64,000 nt of DNA from Protoeuglena noctilucae (lineage: Eukaryota), in assembly GCA_958009085.1 (NCBI GenBank), contig OY253685.1, positions 496,001 to 560,000 on the forward strand, written 5' to 3'. The notes under the pieces were generated by a model. It ran no database searches and was not told the DNA's origin. It saw only the letters and a list, made by a program, of their open reading frames with translations. The position numbers and the translations under genes were made by a program. Shown one piece after another: positions 40,985-54,900 of this stretch (positions are counted from its first letter, which is position 1; every line of letters starts with the position of its first letter).

Positions 40985-41682
40985 CGTGACGTGACCAAGT
41001 GGGTGCTAACAGTGTTACGATGTGAAGACCTCATGACCCTTAGTGGCTAACTGGTAACTATTAAGACCTTGTGGATACTAATAAGACACTTGATCTGGGT
41101 CATGGCATCTCTTTGTCGTGGCATGTCATTGCATCCGATCTGTTCATTTTGCTACTGGGCACGTGCCCCGCTGTCAGCGGCGCAAAGAGCGGCGAGCGAA
41201 CAGCGGCGCGGCTGCTGGAGTCGATTGTGCAGCTGCGTGTGCGTGCGGCGGACCGGGATATAGCTGCGCTGGAGTGCCATGCCGCCCACCAGGGTCATAC
41301 CCAAGGCAAGGCGGCGGAGCTGGGCTAAAGATAGCAAAGATCACTACGAAAGGAAACATTGAGGAGGCACCCCCCCCAATGGAGTTGATGCGAGCTCGCT
41401 CAACTACGCAAGGTCGATGCATGACAGCATATGCCGCAAATAGCTGGCGTTGCCTTATGCTTGTGGGGAGCCACGACACTCCGCATCACCAAGTTAGTTA
41501 GTTCGTTAGTTACCAGCATGTGGGTATCAAATATCGCGCGATCAGCGCATGTCGTTACCGTTCGTATCGTTGTGACCACAGTTGTCACCAGTCTTGCCCC
41601 AATGGTACAAGTTTGACGTAAAGGGCCGAGTCGGGCCGGCTTGACCTGACGCGTGCTCTCCGTGTTGCACGCGATGCCCTCC

Positions 41683-44160
41683 TCAGTTCTTCGCCTTCCC
41701 CGTAGGCTGCTCAAAGTGATCCAGGATGTACTGCTTGGCATGAAGGGACATGCGCGTCCCAGGCCAGGCACGCCCCGAGTGCTTCGCCAGCATTTCCAGC
41801 GTCAGGTTGGGGTAGTACCCTGCGACCAGCGACACTCGGCCGTGATCAGAATACACAGCGACAGTGTGATGGCACCAATAGCAGCTCTGCCTCGCCCCAC
41901 AGCTGCAGGGCAGCTCGCATCGCCCAGCCTTGCCCCGTGCAGCCACAGCCCCGGGCCCATCGAGCCATGGAGCGCCGTCCGCCAGCCTCACCTGTGGTGC
42001 CGTTGCGGCCTCTCATGAAGAACAGTTCCCTGAAGTTGTCGCACGCGAGTGGGTCCTCCCGCAGCTCACGCACCGCATCCAGCCTCAGCTTCTGCAGCGT
42101 GAGTGGCCCCAGGGGTTCCGCCATCCACAGCACCGTCGCCTGAGATCGCGACAAATCAGCGGCGTTGATGGGACGTGACAGCACGCTAATGAAGGCAGGG
42201 CGAGCAGCCCAGCGGGGTCGTTGGGCTGTTGCATGTGACGGTGGGCATGCGCGCATCGCCCACCGCAGCCGCCGCCGGGCAGCATCTCGCCTTGATGACA
42301 ATTGTGGTGGGGTAGCTGATCGTCAGTCCGCGGTCCTGTAGGTCCGGCATGATGAGGATGGAGTTGAGGGCGGGCACGTGGGCCGCGCGCACTCCGTTGG
42401 CCGTCAGCCCCGACCCGGCCAGCAGCAGGCTGAGGGTGGCGCGGATGTCGCGCAGCTGCACGCCGGGATGGCAGGTGCGCAGGAGGTGGCGGATGGACAG
42501 TGGGGGGGGAGGGCCCTCAATGGGCAGCACAGGGGCCGTCTCAGGTAGCGTTTCGGGAGGAGGGGCCGGGCCGACCGGGGGTGCCGCCAGGGCGGGCGCC
42601 GTCGGCATCACGAGCTGGGCCGCCATGCGCCTCACTTGCTCGTATTCTGATAGCGCCGACTCCACACGGCGGCGGACGGCAGTTGGGCCGTCGCCTGCGG
42701 GCAATTGTAAGTAAGCCATCGGGACCTCGTGGGTCGGCGTCAGTGATTGATGAGGGAGGTGCATATTCTTTCCCAAGATGCCCGGACGCCTTTCATCACG
42801 CCTCTCTGCCGGCCCATGGCCTGCATCCCTCAGACATGACATGCCCCCGCCCGATCACGCAACGCACCTTGCAACGACTGCACCGACGTGTGGGCGAGGC
42901 CCGGCAGCCCGGCCGCGCCCTGCTCCTCATTTGACTCCTCCAGGACTCGCTTGGGTGGTCGGGGGGCCCGAGGGACATGCTGCGACCTACGCTCCTCCAG
43001 CATCTTTGGCCCACTCCTGAAGACTCTTAGCTTTGGGACGACGAAAGCAGAGGGACGCCCGGCAGACCTCCCAGGTATGGAACCCGGCTCCGAATGTGCT
43101 GGCGCCGTGGCCTCTGTAGAAGCATCGCTCAGCTCCTCCAGCCACGCCGGCCGTACCGTGCTCCGGCTCTGGGGCTCGGCTCTGGCCTTGTCGTCGGCGT
43201 CGCTGCTCGTCGCTCGATGTCGAACGGCTTCCGAAGATCCAGACGATTGGGCGTGACCCGCACCAGCATCTCCCGTGCCATTGGCGACCCCCCGCGGGAC
43301 GGGCGGGGCCAGCGACGCAGCGTCCGCGGATCCAGCCGTGCCGTACACTGAGCTCGCCGGTTGAGCTATTGGTCGCACCGGAGGGACGTACTGCGCGCCG
43401 GACAGCGCGAGCCTGGGCCGTAGAGGGTCCAAGTTTACGAATGTCGTGGACGTTTCATGGCGTTGCGTGCGACGATCCGCTTGCTCCCAAAACGGAAATG
43501 TTACGCCAGGAAAGCGTTCTGCCAATGACGCCTGCGTGCGGGGAGGCAGGTCCGGTGAGGGATGTCGACTGCCATGGCAGGGGAACCGGCCCTGGGACCC
43601 ATGCCGCTGCGCTGGGCTCCAACAAGGGGCACCGCGCGGGCCTTTGAAGACATTGGAGCACGCAGGCGGCATTGCGCCCGGGTTGTCTGCCCCGGGCTCC
43701 CGCGAGGCGCCAAAGAAAGCGAGCGTGTGGTTTCGGTCACCTCCCGCAGGCCTGCGGACACCGCACCGATCACTGGGCGCCCCTACCTGGTTCTTCAGGT
43801 GCTTCGCCACGATGTCGGCCCGCAGCAGCGCAGAGGCCATCAGAGACACCCCCAACGGGTCCATGGGGTCGGACTGGGGGCCTTCGCGGACCACGCACGC
43901 TGCACTTCGCCACAAGCTTAAGCTCCTTTGCCGCGAGGGGCAGCCGTGGTCGTAGGCCCTGACGGCGAGCCGGAACTACGCGAACTCGGCTACACGCGGC
44001 GCCGTTCGACGACCGCGCCGCGGAGTTCGATAATCTCGGCTTTTTTTGCCAGTGAGGAGCCAAAGTCTGAGATCATGATACGGGGACCCTCAAGAACCCT
44101 GCCCGCAAGAAGGCCCTTTCTTCCACGACAAGAAAGGGCTTCCACGACAAGGCTTGCCAT
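41683..44160 (-). CDS. Hypothetical spliced protein of unknown family
   Basis: Series of open frames bounded by splice signals (~43900-43787, ~43530-42868, ~42725-42291, ~42180-41995, ~41888-41683) with globular-looking composition in the 3' exons. Start uncertain. Confidence 0.5.
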
Positions 44161-44326
44161 GGAGGTCAGCATATGTAGGCAAACGGTCAGTGGCAGCGAG
44201 CCAGGCCGTGGAGGTGGCGGCCAGGTTGGCAGCGGCTGTTGCAGCGCATGCCTCCTAGTGCCCAAACTGTGGCGCCTCGCAGCGATCGCGCGCCTTGTTC
44301 AACCCGCGCCAGTCAGACGGGCGCTA

Positions 44327-47300
44327 CTACTCCAGCCCCTCGCCCCCCTGGTCGGCTGCCATGCACTCCTCGTTGGCCTCCGATTCGCGGTGGCGCCCGA
44401 AGTCCAGTGCTGGGTTCCCCGGGGCTCGGCTGGGCTCGGCCGACCCCAGCTCACACCCTTCGTCGCCGTTGTCGCTCCGGCCTGCCCCTTTCGCATCGAA
44501 CATGTCCAGGATCTCCTCGCCGTTGCCGCCATCGGCCTGCTGGGGAAGGCCAAGATGCTTTGAGATGTCTCAGGGGCCTGGCGCAATGTGCGTCGTGGCG
44601 TCCCCTGCCGTGCGCCCTGACGGTCACCTGGGCGCCTGCATGGGGCGAGGCACCGCTCGAGGGCACGCCCTGGCCGTCCGCGACGGGCCCAGAGCTGATG
44701 AGCGAAGCCGGGTCCTCGCCACGACTCTGCCGGCGAGCGCCTGCGTCCGCACCCGCGCCCGCATCATGCTCCTTCGTGTTGCCGCCATGCTGCTTGTCGC
44801 CCACGGGCTTCGCGCCCCCCGGCAGCGCCGCCTGCTGGGCCGCGTCCTGCAATCATCACGCCTACGCACACGTCAAGGTCTCAAGAGCAAGCAAGTAGCC
44901 TCCAAACCGACATCTTCCCGGACCGCGCACCTCGTCCCCAGCACCCATCTCCGCATCGTCCCCCTGCGGGTCGTGTCCGCTCCCGTCCCTGTCCCCGCTG
45001 CCATGGTCGTTGTTTACCGCGTCGTCGTGCTCGCGCTCGCGATCGTCTCCCTCGCCAGGAGCGTCGTCGAGGCGATCGTCGTCACCCACCTCCGCAGCGG
45101 GCGCAGCCTCGCGGTCGGGGGAGTGGGTGGCCGGGGCAGCCGCGTGCAAAGCACCCGCCACGAGGGCAGCCTCGTCAGCCTCCACCTGCGTCGCTGCGAA
45201 GAACGACGGGGACCCGAAGGTCGGCGCCCACGCCGTCTGCTGGCCGGGGCCCTCCTGGGATGGCCCCTCCTCTCGCTCACGCTGCAGGCACGGGCACGTG
45301 ATGCGGGGCACGTGATGCGGTGTCGTGCGATGCGAAGACTACCAGCAAAGCGTAGCCAGCTCAAGCGTAACCAGCCCAGGCAACTGCAGCCAGCACCCAG
45401 GCACCCGCAGCACTCTTAGCACCGCTGCACCCGCATCGCCCACCTCGTCGTCACGGCCCCCATCCTCGTCCTTCTCCTCCCCCGCCTCCGCTTCCGGGAC
45501 ACTGAACCGGACGACCTCCTGCAGGGCGTCCGTCAGCAGCCCCCGCGCCCTGCGCTCTGCGTCCTCCGCCTGGCGCCGTGCCTCGGCCGCGCGCTCGTAC
45601 GACCCAAGTATCTCCTCCAGCCTCGCCCGCTGCAGGGCCAGTCGGTCCACGGCCGACTGCTGCCCCACGGACGCCACGCTCAGCTGCATCTGCAGCGCCC
45701 GGTAACGCAGCTCGGACTCCCGAAGCCTCTGCGGGACACGAGGACCCGGGACGATACGGGGGTTTGTTAGTAGTCGCTTGAACCGCCATTGCAACGCCAT
45801 TGCGACGCCATCGGTCAGAGACACTGCTGATGTGACCCCTCGGTCTTTCTAATCGAGCGTCACTGAGCACCACGTCTCCAGGCTCACCGGCACCCACCTG
45901 GCCCATCCAATGCCTTGCGACCCTCACCTGCTCCGAACCCTCCCGTTCCCTCCTCATCTCCTCGAGGTCCGCCGTCAAACGCCGCAGCTCCGCCTCGCGA
46001 GCCTCCGCGGCCTGCTTGAGCGCCGTGGCGTCCTGCCGCGCGGCCTTGGCCTCTTGCCGGCTCGCCTCGAGGGCGCGTGTCGTCTCAGCCACCTCCGCAC
46101 GCAGCCCGTCCACTTTGGCGGCTGCTGACACGCGGGCCTCCTGAAGCTCCTGCGTTTGTTACAAAACGAGAGATCGTGGGGTGACGGGGCCTGAGCAAGC
46201 TGACCAAGCGGGCAGTCGCCGCCCAGAGTGCACGACGCGCCCACTCTACGCTGCCCCCAACCCCATGCGCCACCACCACCACCACCCACCTGCTCCAGCT
46301 CGCGGACCCTCTTGGCCAGCGCCTGCCCCTCCTCTGCCCGCTGGTCTCGCTCTGTCTCCGCCTCTGCCGCCGCCCGCCTGGCGTCTGCCTCCGCGCCCCT
46401 GGCCACGTCCCTCTGAGCCTCCGCCTCGCGCACCCGCCCCGCCGCCTCCTCTCTGTCAGCCTTGCGCGCCGCCTCTGCCGCCGCCAGCCGCACCGTCAGC
46501 TCCTGCGCCCGCCCCTGCTCCTCGAGCAGCTGCGCCCGCAGCTGCTGGTTGGTGCGCTCCAGCTGTGCGGCCACCCCGATCTCCGCCGCGCCGCTCCGGG
46601 ACGCCCCCTCCTGCCTCTGCTTCTTCCTCCCGGGCGTCACGGCGCCGTTTGTGTCCACGTTGTCTAACACCTCGTGCGCCCGCTCGCGCTTGCCGCCCGA
46701 CCCCTGGCTCCCCGCCGCCGCCGCCTCCGGAGAGGTCGGGTTCGCGGGGGGGGCGTTGTTCTGCGAAAGGAGCAGAGAACACGGTGCAAGGCGCTCCAGC
46801 GGCCAGGGGAGGGCGCAGGGGGAAGGGAGGGGCCAAGAGAGAGTGAGGCAAGAGGGGCACCGTGCCGTCATGGCGAGGGGGGCGTGCCGGGAGCAGGGGC
46901 GCGGCGGGTGGCTCGTACTCACGCTGGCGGGCGCCGGTGCCGCTTCGACCATCTCAAAGACGTACTCCACCAAAGCATTGGGGCTGCTCTGGGTGGAGCG
47001 GGCCAGCATGATCCTGTCGCCATTGCTGAGCTTGACCGGGACGTTCTTCTTCACTCGCTGCGCATTCAGGTACGTCCCGTTTGTGCTTCCGTCGACGAGG
47101 AACCACTTCTTGTCCCCCTCGCGGTAGATCTTGCAGTGCTTGGTGCTGATCTGGACCTGCGCATCGACAAAGGAGAGAGATACTGATGGCGCGGATCTGG
47201 ATTTGTATCCTGTTAGCATACGAGGACGAAATGTGCATATAACAGCGGGAAGGCGGGCGCCGCGAGGCCCCCGGGTCGACGCGGAGGCATGCCGTTCGAG

Positions 47301-47509
47301 CGAAGCGCGCAGCTCGTGGCCCTGCGCGCGTTCCTCACCCAGTTCGGCGGTAGCCTGGCTCCGGAGACTCCACGGCCGATCCACGTCTCAGAGTCGGGGG
47401 AAAGGAAGATATCGGGGCCCGCTGCGGGTTGCTGGGGGTTTGTCCACGACTTGGCCGTGTCGGAGGCAGCCCGCAGGACGGCGGCCGGGGTCCTGTCGGC
47501 AGCCGACAT
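44327..47509 (-). CDS. FHA-domain protein with long coiled coil and acidic tail (SMAD/FHA type)
   Basis: FHA motifs WIGRG, ISTKHCKI, LVDGSTNGTYLN, KLSNGDRI. NLS-like TPGRKKQR followed by Glu/Ala/Arg heptad-rich exons. Confidence 0.85.
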
Positions 47510-47932
47510 GGTAACGACAAGCGATGCGCAAGCCGGCGAGGCCAGGCGCACAGTGCGCCGCAGGGATGCTGGAGAGAGAGCACTCGCGCTTCGCGCGCTG
47601 TGGGCCCGCAGACCTTCTCGCGCACCGTGCACGTGCACGCCCACGGCTGCCTTGCTGACTCCCGTTCGTGATGTGTTGATAGCGGGGCGAAGCGCTGCAG
47701 CTCGGGCGCTTGAGCGCTGCCTCAGGCGCGCCAGCCGCTGGCACGACTCAGGCACGCCATCTCGCGCCGGTCAGAGCATGGAGTGGTCTCTTACCGCCAG
47801 CGAAAGCGTACGCTGCTGCAAGTTGGTGACTTCGCGTAGGATCGGGGGAGCTGGCGTCGCGAAGGTGCAGGGCTGGTGCCCATGGCTGGGGCGCGGACTA
47901 AACGGGACTGAGCAAGGGAGTCGTTCGGTACA

Positions 47933-50900
47933 ATGCCACTCGGGGATAGGGACGATTACGGCGACGCCAAGTATGTGGGATTGGAACTGGGAGGCGTCGC
48001 AAGCTTGGCGGAATCTCTCAAGGTGGGTGCAGCCCCCGGCCCCCACAAGCTGGGGAATGGTTGCGAGTTAAGATCGGTATGCATCCGGACCGCCACCACT
48101 CGCATCGCGCAGACGCATGGGCAGCAGGGCTTCGACTTCGTCCTCGCTCCCCTCGCGGGGGAGCGCGCCACCCGGGCGCCGGACCTGCACCCCGGCGTGC
48201 CGCATCTGCCTCCATCGTACGAGTCGGACCTGTCGCTGAGGTGCGGAGTCCATTCGATGCCCCGCGACCTCGGACAGGTGGCGCCGCAGCGGACGCTCTC
48301 TCGCTCCGCATCTCCCGCAGCTCATCTTCCTGGACGACCCACGTCGTCGGCGTGATCAGTGACTGGATCGATCTGGACAGCGAGGACGCGGAGCTGCGGG
48401 CCCGGAGCGCCGAGGCTCTGACGACCGGTGCGTGCGCGGCCTGAGTTGCGCAACCGCCACCCTCCCCGATTGCATGGGCACCCTGGCGCGCACGTGACCG
48501 GCTGCTGGGTGGACGATTGCGACGTTGTGCTTTGCGCAGAGGTCAACTGGGCGCATCACCTGTCGCTCAATGCCGTGGTGGTGCCAGGACCCAGGGCTGG
48601 GCGCCACGCCAACCTGGCACAGCGCCTGAGTCAGCTGGTGCGATCGGTGCACAGCACGTCCGTGTGGGTGCGGTACAGGCTGACGCACGGCGACGCCAGC
48701 TGCAAGGTAAGGCGCACCACAGCTGACTTAAAGGAGCTGCACCGCTAGCACAGCCTCACCTGTGCGTACGCCAGTGTTCCTGCAGGAAGCCCTGTCTTCG
48801 TGGCTCTCCCTCAAAGCGCTCTGTGAGCACAACAAACGCCTCGGGGTGACCCTGGGTGAGGCGCGATGGAACGCAGCTTGTGTGAACACTCGAGGTCTCA
48901 CACGGGCAGTCGCCTCGTGTGCTACCCTGCCAGGGCACGCCGTTTGAGTGCACATCCGACCCAACGGCATCGCTGACCGTGCGCAGAGATCCAGAGAGAG
49001 ACGGTGAGCGAGGGCGTGCGTGCGGCGTGGGCGGGGGAGCCCGTGAAGGCGGTGATCGTGACGGACGACGCATTCCTCACCAACAACCAGGGATTCCCCG
49101 TCTTGCCCAAGGTGAACGGAGTGACGTGGTTGACAGTGTCAACCAGCGGTTTCTTTGGCTCTAAGAGGACAATGTCCTCTTAGATGGCCCCTACGTTTAC
49201 CGCCTTGTGTGCTCATCACCTTGTGTGGTGCCGCCCACCTCCCAATGCCCGAGTTCATCTCACCCACACAAAAGACTACCCTTTATATTATGTGAATCCA
49301 CCATGATGCGCAGGCGCACCAGGGTCTTTTGGAGAGCGCCTTCAGGCACGGGGTGCAAGTGGTGTTGCAGCCGTCGGCGAGCGGGGCGGTCGTGGTGGAG
49401 GGTGACGAGGTGCTGGACCACTCCTCAAAGCTCAAGCACAAGTTTGAGTACCTGTCCTTTCTGTTCAGGTGCATGTCACGAATATCACGACTAGCGTCAT
49501 TCGTCAGCGCTGGAAGCATTTGTGTTTGCAACTGCTGTAGTGCATCCCCATACATGCATCTATATGCATTCAACCCCACACATGCAATCCAACCCCATGC
49601 ATCCCACCCCATTCCTCCTCCCAGGCGCATGCCCACCCCGGACGGTTTGGAGCTCGCCAGTATGGGCTATCGGGACTATCTGCAGATCCCATTGCAGCCC
49701 CTCCAAGATAACCTCGAGTCATGCACCTACGAGACGTTTGAGAGAGACGCGATCAAGTACTCCAGTTATGAGAGCGCTATGGCTCTGGCATTTCAAGACA
49801 TGGCGGTGGCGCGGGGGGGTGTCAAGGGAGCTGCCGAGGCGAGCGGATACTTGCGGGAGTGTGGAGTGGTGGCTGTGATCGATAACTCTCAATAACAATC
49901 AATAGCTTTCTGTGACTGTTACCCAAGCCCCGGGTGGGGTGCGTATGCCGACCTTGCGTGAGCCCCGACGCATGGTACAGCGCAGCGCAGCACAGTGTCA
50001 GCTCAAAATTTCGTGACAACTTTTCCTCCCCATCTCACGCGCAGGTCACGCTGCAGGTGATGGTGGTGGGCGCGGGGCGGGGTCCGCTGGTGCGCGCGGC
50101 ATTGAGCGCGTCCAGCAGCACAGGCATCAACGTCGTCGTCTGGGCCGTCGAGAAGAACGCCAACGCTTTCGTAACACTACGGCACCTAACTAAGATTGGG
50201 GGGTGGGGCGAGCGGGTGAGGGCGGTTGCAACACTGCACTACCGTGCTTCTTCAGCATAACTCTGTTCACCATTGTACAGTGCACTGGTTGTCCATAGCT
50301 GTGCACTGGTTGTGTATCGCATTTTATATGTCAATATCCTCGTCCCCTTTCAGGTAAACCTGGTGTTTGGCGACATGCGCACGTGGGAGGCCCCTGTGAA
50401 GGCGGACGTGATGGTGTCAGAACTGCTGGGGTCCTTCGGGTGCAACGAGCTGTCGCCAGAGTGCCTGGACGGGGCGCAGGAGTACCTGGCGGAGGGCGGC
50501 ATATGCATCCCGCAGAAATACACCAACTACCTGCAGCCCGTGGCGACGTCCAAGGCGAGTGAGGGTAGGCCAATCACCTGCAGTCCGTCGCGACCTCCAA
50601 GGCGAGCAATACAGGGGCTCTTACTCTAGCTGGCTTCAAGTCATCTGCAGGGGTGGCTGGCTGGATGACTCATTTTGCCAATTGCAGTTGACAGTGGGTA
50701 ATGTGTTCAGTCGCATGTGGTATTTACAGGTGTTCCAGAACCTGAGTGACATGGCCAATCGCGAGTGACATATATGTTTACAATTGAAATACCCGCGACC
50801 CTCGCAGGTGTTTCAGGACTTGAGTGACATAGGCGACCGCAAGCACTTCGAGACCCCCGCCGTGGTCAAGCTGCACCGCTTCTACCCCCTGGGCCTTGCC

Positions 50901-51635
50901 GCTGAGGGCATGACCTTCTCGCACCCCAACCGCACGCCCTGTCCCGACAACATGAGGGAGCTGCACCTGTCGTTCGCGAGGGGGGCAGATGACCCGCCCT
51001 CCACCGTGCACGGGCTGGCGGGCTACTTCCGCACCTGGCTGTACCAGGTGAGGGTGGTTAGTTAAGGGTGTGGATGTATTGAGTGACGTGTGTGGCTTGT
51101 GGCTGTACTGGGTGAGGAAGGGTGTGGCTGCCTCCTGTTCGTTTCATAACACGCACTCCCTCGCTCTGCCACTCGTCCTCTCCATGACCCCATCCCTGCT
51201 CAATCCTCTCTGCAGGACGTGATGCTCAGCACGCATCCCGAGGACCACACCCCGGGCATGTACTCGTGGTTCCCCATCTTCTTCCCGCTGCAGCACCCAG
51301 TCCGCGTCGACCCAGGTGAGATGATCATGAGTAATGTACCATAGCCTGCATGGATGTTGGATGTCTTTCCACTGCAGCACCCGGTACGCGTCGACCCAGG
51401 TGAGGCCGCCATGGCTGTGGCAGAAGATACACAGCGCAGTCGATCTATACAAGCACAATCGCTTGTATGGAAGCAGTACAAGCGTCCCCTCCGCTGTCCT
51501 GCAGGGGCCTCGATCGAGGTCCACATGTGGAGGTGCGTGGACAAGCACAAGGTCTGGTACGAATGGGCGCTTACGGGACCGCAAACGACGCACCTGCACA
51601 ACGCCAAGGGGCGCAGCTTCGTCGTCGGTCTCTGA
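47933..51635 (+). CDS. PRMT5: Protein arginine N-methyltransferase 5 (SKB1)
   Basis: [31 protein letters not shown], motif [18 protein letters not shown], double-E loop [38 protein letters not shown]...HNAKGRS. Confidence 0.96.
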
Positions 51636-51950
51636 CCTCCATCGCATCCTTTGTACTTGCTTAGCTTAGTCCAGCGCTCCTTTTTGATGGCAGAGATGAC
51701 GATATCAAGCTCTTTCGCGCTCGGGTTCACGGTGGCGTGGCTTTTGAAGGTCTGAGACCAGGTATCACTGACAAGTGCAGCACGCAGGCGAATCCGTCCG
51801 GCGACGACAGTGCAGCAACGGCGCCTTGTTGTTCACATCGCAACTAAGAAGCCAGCCGGAATGCGCTGAGCGCGGGGCGCGGGGTGGATGGACGATGCAT
51901 GCCGTGCAGCTGTCAATGGGCTGAACTCAAATCGGAGTCCACAGGACCGG

Positions 51951-54900
51951 ATGCCGGGTCCCGCGGGTGACGACAACAATGTGGCGGAACTCGTTGTGCA
52001 GCTCGTCTCCTGCGACACGAGTCTGACGGAGGTGGGCGGGCAGGCTTGCAACGTCGAGCGTGGTGACTCTCGTTCGCTAGGCACTCCGCGGACGCACCGT
52101 TTAGTCCAAATGCAGGTCTTCTCTCTCCTGTCTGAATACGGGTACGCCGTCCAGGATGACGGCGCTCACGACGACGCCCGCGGGCGCGAACCATGCGCTC
52201 AGCGCCAGGGCCGCCCGCGCCGCGGGAGGTCCCCGCGCCGCGTCCCGTCGCCCCCCACGCCACCAGTGAGTACAGCGGAACGACATTGATGCCGCGTCAC
52301 GCAACGCCATCTCCTCTGGTTCACGTAAAACGCCCGCTTCGCTCCCCATGCAGACTACCCGCCGCGGGGAGCATCCCTGGGACGTCGAGTTCTTCCGCGA
52401 CGCCGACAAACGCGTCTCCTCGACAGTCACGCGCGCCCCTAAGTGGTCTTTCGCTCACTCGGCCAGGATATCCTGCTTCTCACAGGCGCGTCCCAGTGCA
52501 GTGCTGCCGACGTCGCTTCAGCGACGGCTTCCGATCGCTTATGAGATGACATACATCGTAATGGACATCGCAATCGTCCTCGCAGGCCACGGATGAGGTG
52601 GACCAGACAGCAACGCCGGGTACGGATGGCGCTCGCAAGCGCCGCCCTCGGCCCTCCGCAACCCCGCAGGATGGTCGTTGCTACGAGCCCAGATACGATC
52701 TCGTGGAACCACGCGCGCGGGCTGTGACCATGCGCCCTCTCACGAGCGTCAGGACCCCTGGCAGGACCGAGCGGGTTGCTCATGAGACGAACAACGGTGT
52801 TGTCGCTGTCAAGTCTCCCAAAGCAGAGTTTGGCTATCCAGCAGTCGACATTACGCGTACCCGCCACCCCGCCGCGGCGTTCCCTCGGGCCAAGAGGGCC
52901 GCAGCGGGCGTGGGGACTCCAACAGACGACAGAACAGAGGGGCGGGTGGCAAGCACAACAGAGCCAGGTGCTTCAGCCACTGGCAGGGAGGTCCGGCCCT
53001 TGAATCCCGGCGACGGCGTCAAAAAGCAAGGCGGGCGGTCGAAGACAGCCCGCATGGGGAACCGGGTGCGGCTGCGTGCGGAGTTGCGGAGGAGACGTCG
53101 TGTGGCTATGGGCGATGCTTTGGCCGAGACATCCCCAGGGCAGCAGATGGGACAGGAGCATCCGTGGAGCATCGTCAAGGTGAGTTAGACATAGTGGAGG
53201 GGCTGATGTGAGGCAGAGAGGGTCCGCAGGCACCCAGTTTGTGGCTGAAGCGAGGGGCATGTGTGTCGAGGGTGCAGCAGCACATTCGGACCAGTACACA
53301 GGGCTGCGAGCTCGGATGGCTGTAGTTCATTCTATATGCACTCCTCGCATCCGCAGCCCTCGGCGCCGTCGGTCGTCTTTGCTCCGCCAATGGGGATCGA
53401 TAAGCCCGCACCACCCCAAGCGGACAACAACCGAAGTGGCAGCGGACGGGCGGTGCGTGGCAACAGCACCCGACCCGGGAGCGCGTCGGCAGAGCGCAGT
53501 CGCCGATCGGAGTCTCGCAACGCGGGGCTTCATTCGCAGCCTCGACCGCACAGCGCGTCGCCAGCACCGTCCCGCCCCGCGCCCACACCCACGCTCCCCC
53601 ACACGCACACGGCCGCCCGCGCGCTCGCCCGTGCGGCGTCTGCGCCGCGTCCGACCGACTCTACACAAGATGGGCCCGAACAGAGCGCGGCGAAGGGTCC
53701 TGGGCCCGGCTCAGCTGCAGCTGCTTTGCGGGGGCCACGGTTGGGACCGCAGGGTGGCCCTTTGGAGGCAAGGGAGAGGGACTTGAGGCGGCAGGCCTGG
53801 CGAGAGCTCGCGCGGGAGCAGGTGCGGTGCGCTTGCGCCCTGTCCCGCGCTGCAGGGGCTGAGTAACAGGGTCCTGAAACCAGTGTCGGTGTTCCCGTGT
53901 GCCTATGTGGGTACCATACTCTACACCGTGCCGTATTCCCACCCTCCACAGTCTCCGGATCGCGAGCGCGGCCCGGGCCGCTACGCCGGCGCCACGGCTG
54001 CTTACGAGATGGCAAGTGCCGGCCCCCGGTCGCTGTCGACCGTTCGCACGCCTCGCGCCGCCACGCCCGGCCGCACGCCGCGCTTCCCGAGTCCGCGGGA
54101 GGAGCGCGGGGAGGGCAAAGGTCAGGAAGCGGAGCTGCGGCCGGAGCTGGCGAGGGATGCCGTGGCGCCCCGGGCCCCACAGTTTTCGTTTGGCAAGGCG
54201 GCAGGGCGGGAGGCGAGCAGGGGTGCGGGGGAGGGCACGGGGTCGGACGCGGAGACGCACGAAGGCGTAGAGGTTGGCGACGGGGCGTCAGAGGCAAGGA
54301 CGGCGCAGTACGGGCTGGTGGAGCGAAGGGGGGACGCGGGGGTGGTGGCGTGGCGGGGGGCGGATGCTCACGGGGAGCGAGCGCGGGCGCGTCGGGCGCG
54401 GCTGGAGGCGATCGCGGCGGCGCGGGGCGTGGCAGCGGAGGCTCTGCATTATGCCGATGTGGCGGTGATGGGTCGGCCGGGTCGCGACGACGGTGTCCGG
54501 CCCAGGGCCCCCGCCTGGTCCTTTGGCCTGCCACCCAACGCAGTGCCGCCGGTGCGGGTGCCAGATACAAACAGCGGCGACGACGGCGAGGGCGCGGGGG
54601 TGCCGGCGCTGGTGCCGGTGCCAAATTTGGACGTCGTTCGGCCGCGGTTGGGCGGAGTGGTGGACTTCGGTCTGGCCACGGGCCGAGTGCCGCGGGCGAG
54701 GAGGCGGGTCGGGGCGCGGGACCGGGCGGACCGACACGAGGTGAGCGGAGGGGTCGATGGAGAGTGCCCCCAAACGTGCTTCGTGCCCTGCCACGCCCCC
54801 TCTCTGTCTCTCTGGCATTGGTACCCACGAACGTGCTCTGTGCCTTGTGCTTCTTGCCACGCAGCTGGGTCTTCTCATGTTCAGCCTGGACGGGGCGTTT

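Noticed and set aside
41400..43900. Possible retrotransposon or transposase remnant
   Set aside because: No RT, integrase or DDE motifs, terminal repeats or target-site duplications seen; the splice signals suggest a host gene.
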